Assembly (NCBI RefSeq): GCF_963921235.1
Contig: NC_086097.1
Location: 136,030,001 to 136,094,000, forward strand
Source of the DNA: Mobula hypostoma
Lineage: Eukaryota
DNA length: 64,000 nt
Reading direction: 5' to 3'
Under the pieces are notes generated by a model. It was not told where the DNA came from, did no database searches, and saw nothing but the letters and a program-made list of their open reading frames with translations. Positions 60,056 to 64,000 of the stretch are shown here, piece after piece. The translations under genes and the position numbers were made by a program. Within the stretch, counting starts at the first letter, position 1, and each line of letters begins with the position of its first letter.

Positions 60056-60560
60056 CACTTAGTGGCTGCTTTATTAGGTACACCTTCTCATTAACGCAAA
60101 TATCTAATCAGCCAATTACGTGGCAGCAATTCAACGTGTAAAAGAAGGCAGATGTTGTCAAGAGGCCATTCAGACCAAACATCAGAACGGGGAAGACATG
60201 TGATCTAAGTGATTTTGACCGGGGAATGACCAATGGTGCCAGAAACTGCTGATCTCCTGGATCTATAGAGTTTACTGAGACTGGTGCGGGAAAAAAAACC
60301 ATCCAGTGAGTGAGTGACAGTTCTGTGGAGAAAGCACCTTGTTAGTGAAAGAGGTCAGAGGAGAATGGCCAGACTGGTTCAAGCTGACAGGAAGGTGACA
60401 GTAACTTACAACTGACAGTGGTGTGCAAAAGAGTATCCCTGAGCACACAACACATGGATCCTTGAGCTGGATGAACTACAGCTGCAGCAAGATCATGAAC
60501 GCAAACTCAGAGGACACTTGATCAAGGGCAGGAGGTACCTAATAAAGTGGCCACTGAGTG
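60056..60560 (+). mobile_element. Tc1-derived non-autonomous element, TA TSD
   Basis: TIRs CACTTAGTGGCTGCTTTATTAGGTAC / GTACCTAATAAAGTGGCCACTGAGTG; relic DLSDFDRGM and ERGQRRMARLVQADRK. Confidence 0.88.
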
Positions 60561-60700
60561 TATGTTACTTCATATATTTTGTATATTATGAGGATTATTT
60601 CTCTGGTTCCAAGTTACAGTGTAAGGTATTAATTAAAGCTTTTGATGTGTAACAGTTGTGTTTAGCTACATTGCCTCTTGAAGCTGGCCATGAAACCCAC

Positions 60701-60836
60701 CCTAACAGCCAGGGGCACAGCTCGTACGTGCATGGGCTTTGACACTCCCGTCTGAAACTCCGAGCAGCAGACCAAACAATGCAGTTGAAAGGCTGAAGAG
60801 GGCTGCCGGGGAAAAGAAGTGGCCTTTCACTGTCAG
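60701..60836 (-). CDS. Candidate exon of - gene (phase 1-2, ADSERPLLFPGSPLQPFNCIVWSAARSFRRECQSPCTYELCPWLL); a second frame is also open
   Basis: Acceptor tttgctttcattttccgattatgaag, donor AGG|gtgggt. Confidence 0.45.
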
Positions 60837-61015
60837 CTTCATAATCGGAAAATGAAAGCAAAGATGAAAATGAGATTCTGCAGATGCTGGAAATCCAGAA
60901 CAGTGCACACGAAATGCCGGAGGAAAAGCAAAGATGGTCTTGTTCTGACTGGCTAAAACTGAGCCACACAGCCGCTGTAACTGGGAAATTTAGAGTCTTT
61001 ATTCACACAGCAAAC

Positions 61016-61079
61016 CTCCAGGAGAGAGTTCAGGAGAATCCAAGAGATTCACACTCTCCTGACAGTATGTTCTGTACTT
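61016..61079 (-). CDS. Candidate exon of - gene (phase 0-1, KYRTYCQESVNLLDSPELSPG)
   Basis: Acceptor ttattatctgtgtgttgaag, donor GAG|gtttgc; only one frame is open. Confidence 0.35.
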
Positions 61080-61317
61080 CTTCAACACACAGATAATAAT
61101 AAATGATTAATGACAGTTCCAATTGCTATAATCACCTACTTTAATATTCTGAATATAGGCAGGTAAATTTATAGAATTACATGTTTACAGAGCTGGCAAA
61201 ATACAGACAACATTTTGGAGGAGCATGCCCAAAATAGTAGCGCATCCTAACTAGCAGAATCCTTTTGAATATTCAATACTGGTGTCTGTTCTGAAAGCCC
61301 GAGTACAAACTGTTGAG

Positions 61318-62682
61318 TCGTGATTCCCAAAGTGGGCGATATTGTCCCCCTGGGGGCAGTGGGAGATTTTAACGAGGTGATAACAGGGATGGTGGGGGTT
61401 GTGCTTGGCAGGAAGGGGGGAGCAGCTGAAGGATTACAAGCTAATTTAAGAAATGAATTACTTATTATAAACATTTGATCCTCAGTACCTCATAATTGAT
61501 TACAACGATCATGTATCAACAATCACCTTATCCCTTGCGAACCCACCGCTCTCTTACGCGTTATAGTTGTTGAAAAGAATGTGACACTTCAATATTTAGC
61601 ATATCATGAGAAATCCGGACTGAAGACATTGAGTTATTTCTGGGCCTGTCCCGCACATTATTGCTGTCCACTACTGTCGTACAGTGTTACCTAGTACGAT
61701 CCCCATACTCTAATCACACAATGATGCAGTTCCTATGAAATAGGGTACAGCATTTAATGTGGTAAAGTTGCGACTATGCCTTTTGAATGTTCTTGACCGC
61801 ATTTCTCTAGCCCAAGGCCCAACCAGGATATCGCTGCCCCGCTTTATGTACCTTCAGGCAGAATAAGGTTTTGCTTGAGCTATGATAATGTCATAACTTT
61901 CACCTTTATTGATCGTAGCGTTTAAGGTTGGATTTAAATATAGGCGATTGAACGTGGTCATTAATCCATAATGAAAATGACAGAAGCAGAGCAAACAAAA
62001 AAAGTATAGACAGTACAGTGTGGAGTATCTGAAATATGGATTTCAGATACCAGCACCAAGCAACCAACAGCGGCCAAAGTGTCTGTCGTGTGAAAAAGTT
62101 TTTTTTCAGATGAGCCACTGTACAGGCTCCTTGAATATTTGAAGAGAATACATTTTGATAAAGCAAACAACAACTTGGCTTACTTTCAGACACTTAGTGA
62201 AAACTTTCAGAATTGGAAAGCATTTCAAAACTTGTTAACCAGAACTTCTCAATAAAACAGCATTGGCTTGCGTGCTTTCATCCAACATTCCATTCCTCTT
62301 TGCTAAATCTGGAAAGCCCCATACAATTGGAGAAGAACTGACCTTGCCAGCAATAAGAGAGGTTCTGAGTATGGTTTTGCATCAGTCGCCAGATCAAATA
62401 ATTAAAGCAAATCCACTCAATGATAACTCTGTTCAAAGACGAATAGATGAAATGTTTGAGAATGTGGAAGACACATTGCGCAACATTCTTAGGACAGCAG
62501 AATTTGCTCTGCAGTTGGAGGAGTCAACTTTGCCAAGCAAAGTTTCTTTTTGGTTATGTTCATTTCATAGATGCTGAACGCATGGTTCAAGAGTTGTTAT
62601 TTGCAGGACCAGATACAAAGAGAGAGTTAATATTTCAGGTTATTTTTCCATTTTTCAAAGAGAAGGACATTTTGCTCACCAA
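61318..62682 (+). mobile_element. hAT (Charlie/Buster-type) DNA transposon relic, interrupted by a PLE
   Basis: TIR-like GTGATTCCCAAAGTGGGCG; frameshifted transposase YRQYSVEYLKYGF...PKCLSCEKV (BED finger), AKSGKPHTIGEELTLPA, SVQRRIDEM, FALQLEEST. Confidence 0.9.
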
Positions 62683-64000
62683 CATAAACACGAGGAAATC
62701 TGCAGATGCTGGAATTTCAAGCAACGCGTATAAAAGTTGCTGGTGAACGCAGCAGGCCAGGCAGCATCTCTAGGAAGAGGTACAGTCGACGTTTCTGGCC
62801 GAGACCCTTCATCAGGACTAACTGAAAGAAGAGCTAGAAAGAGATTTGAAAGTGGGAGGGGGAGGGGGAGGTCCAAAATGATAGGAGAGGACAGGAGGGG
62901 GAGGGATGGAGCCAAGAGCTGGACAGGTGATTGGCAAAAGGGATATGAGAGGATCATGGGACAGGAGGCCCAGGGAGAAGGAAAAGGGGGAGCGGGGGAA
63001 AAAACCCAGAGGATGGGCAAGGGGTATAGTGAGAGGGAGAGAGGGAGTAAAAGGAGAGAGAGAGAAAGAAGGCGTGTACATAAATAAATAACGAATGGGG
63101 TACCAGGGGGAGGTGGGGCATTAGCAGAAGTTTGAGAAGTCAATATTCATGCCATCAGGTTGGAGGCTACCCAGAAGGAATACAAGGTGTTGTTCCTCCA
63201 ACCTGAGTGTGGCTTCATCTTTACAGTAGAGGAGGCCGTGGATAGACATATCAGAATGGGAATGGGACATGGAATTAAAATGTGTGGCCACTGGGAGATC
63301 CTGCTTTTTTTGGCAGACAGAGCGTAGGTGTTCAGCAAAACGATCTCCCAGTCTGCACCGGGTCTCACTAACATCAGGAGCATCGGACGCGGTATATCAC
63401 CCCAGCTGACTCACAGGTGAAGTGTCGCCTCACCTGGAAGGACTATCTGGGGCCCCGAATGGTGATGAGGGAGGAAGTGTAAGGGCATGTGTAGCACTTG
63501 TTCCGCTTACAAGGATAAGTGCAGGGAGGGAGATCGGTGGGGAGGGATGGGGGGGACGAATGGACAAGGGAGTCACGTAGGGAGTGATTCCTGCGGAAAG
63601 TGGGGGGCGGGGAGGGAAAGATGTGCTTAGTGGTGGGATCATGTTGGAGGTGGCGGAAGTTACGGAGAATTATATGTTGGACCCGGAGGCTGGTGGGGTG
63701 ATAGGTGAGGACAAGGGGAACCCTATTCCTGGTGGGGTGGCGGGAGGATGGAGTGAGAGCAGATGTGCCTGAAATGGGGGAGATGCATTTGAGAGCAGAG
63801 TTGATGGTGGAGGAAGGGAAGCCCCTTTCTTTAAAAAAGGAGGACATCTCCCTCATCCTGGAAAGAAAAGCCTCATCCTGAGAGCAGATGCAGCGGAGAC
63901 GGAGGAATTGCTTTTAAAAAAGGAGGACATCTCCTCATCCCGGAATGAAAGGGGCTTCCCTTCCTCCACCATCAACTCTGCACTCAAACGCATCTCCCCC
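62683..64000 (-). mobile_element. Penelope-like 3' portion with rearranged, inverted 5' junction (~63912-64000)
   Basis: Closely matches 34627-35860; ORF 63443-63856; 63936-64000 is the reverse complement of ~63776-63830. Confidence 0.93.
62783..62820 (-). ncRNA. Minimal type I hammerhead ribozyme with intact catalytic core
   Basis: UAGUC CUGAUGA AGGGUCUCGGCCA GAAAC GUC^GACUG: helix I UAGUC/GACUG, loopless palindromic helix III (ACGU), GUC cleavage triplet. Confidence 0.85.

Noticed and set aside
61975..62680. Domesticated ZBED5/SCAND3-like gene
   Set aside because: Multiple frameshifts and interruption by a PLE indicate a dead hAT transposase.

Overview
Vertebrate, repeat-dominated genomic DNA, most likely from a cartilaginous fish (shark or ray). 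This is inferred from the mix of V-SINE/HE1-like SINEs, Deu-domain SINEs, HER1-like CR1 LINEs, Rex1/Babar LINEs and abundant Penelope-like elements (PLEs). Most of the window is degenerate transposon sequence: a near full-length PLE with a 14-bp TSD (34627-38248), a decayed two-LTR Gypsy element (~39186-43844), a hAT transposase relic, Tc1-type and other MITEs, a 29-bp minisatellite derived from a LINE, and a ~2 kb (GT)n tract. Almost all ORFs in the track are TE relics or noise. Short, phase-compatible exon chains suggest two convergent, unidentified host genes (+ strand ~18.1-44.6 kb; - strand ~61.1-44.7 kb) whose polyA signals lie ~80 bp apart. The most notable signal is in the PLE 3' ends, which carry a minimal type I hammerhead ribozyme (best copy 62783-62820). 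Many tiny TSD-flanked insertions begin inside that ribozyme, including three independent ~180-230 bp fold-back (hairpin) insertions whose turning point lies in the hammerhead.
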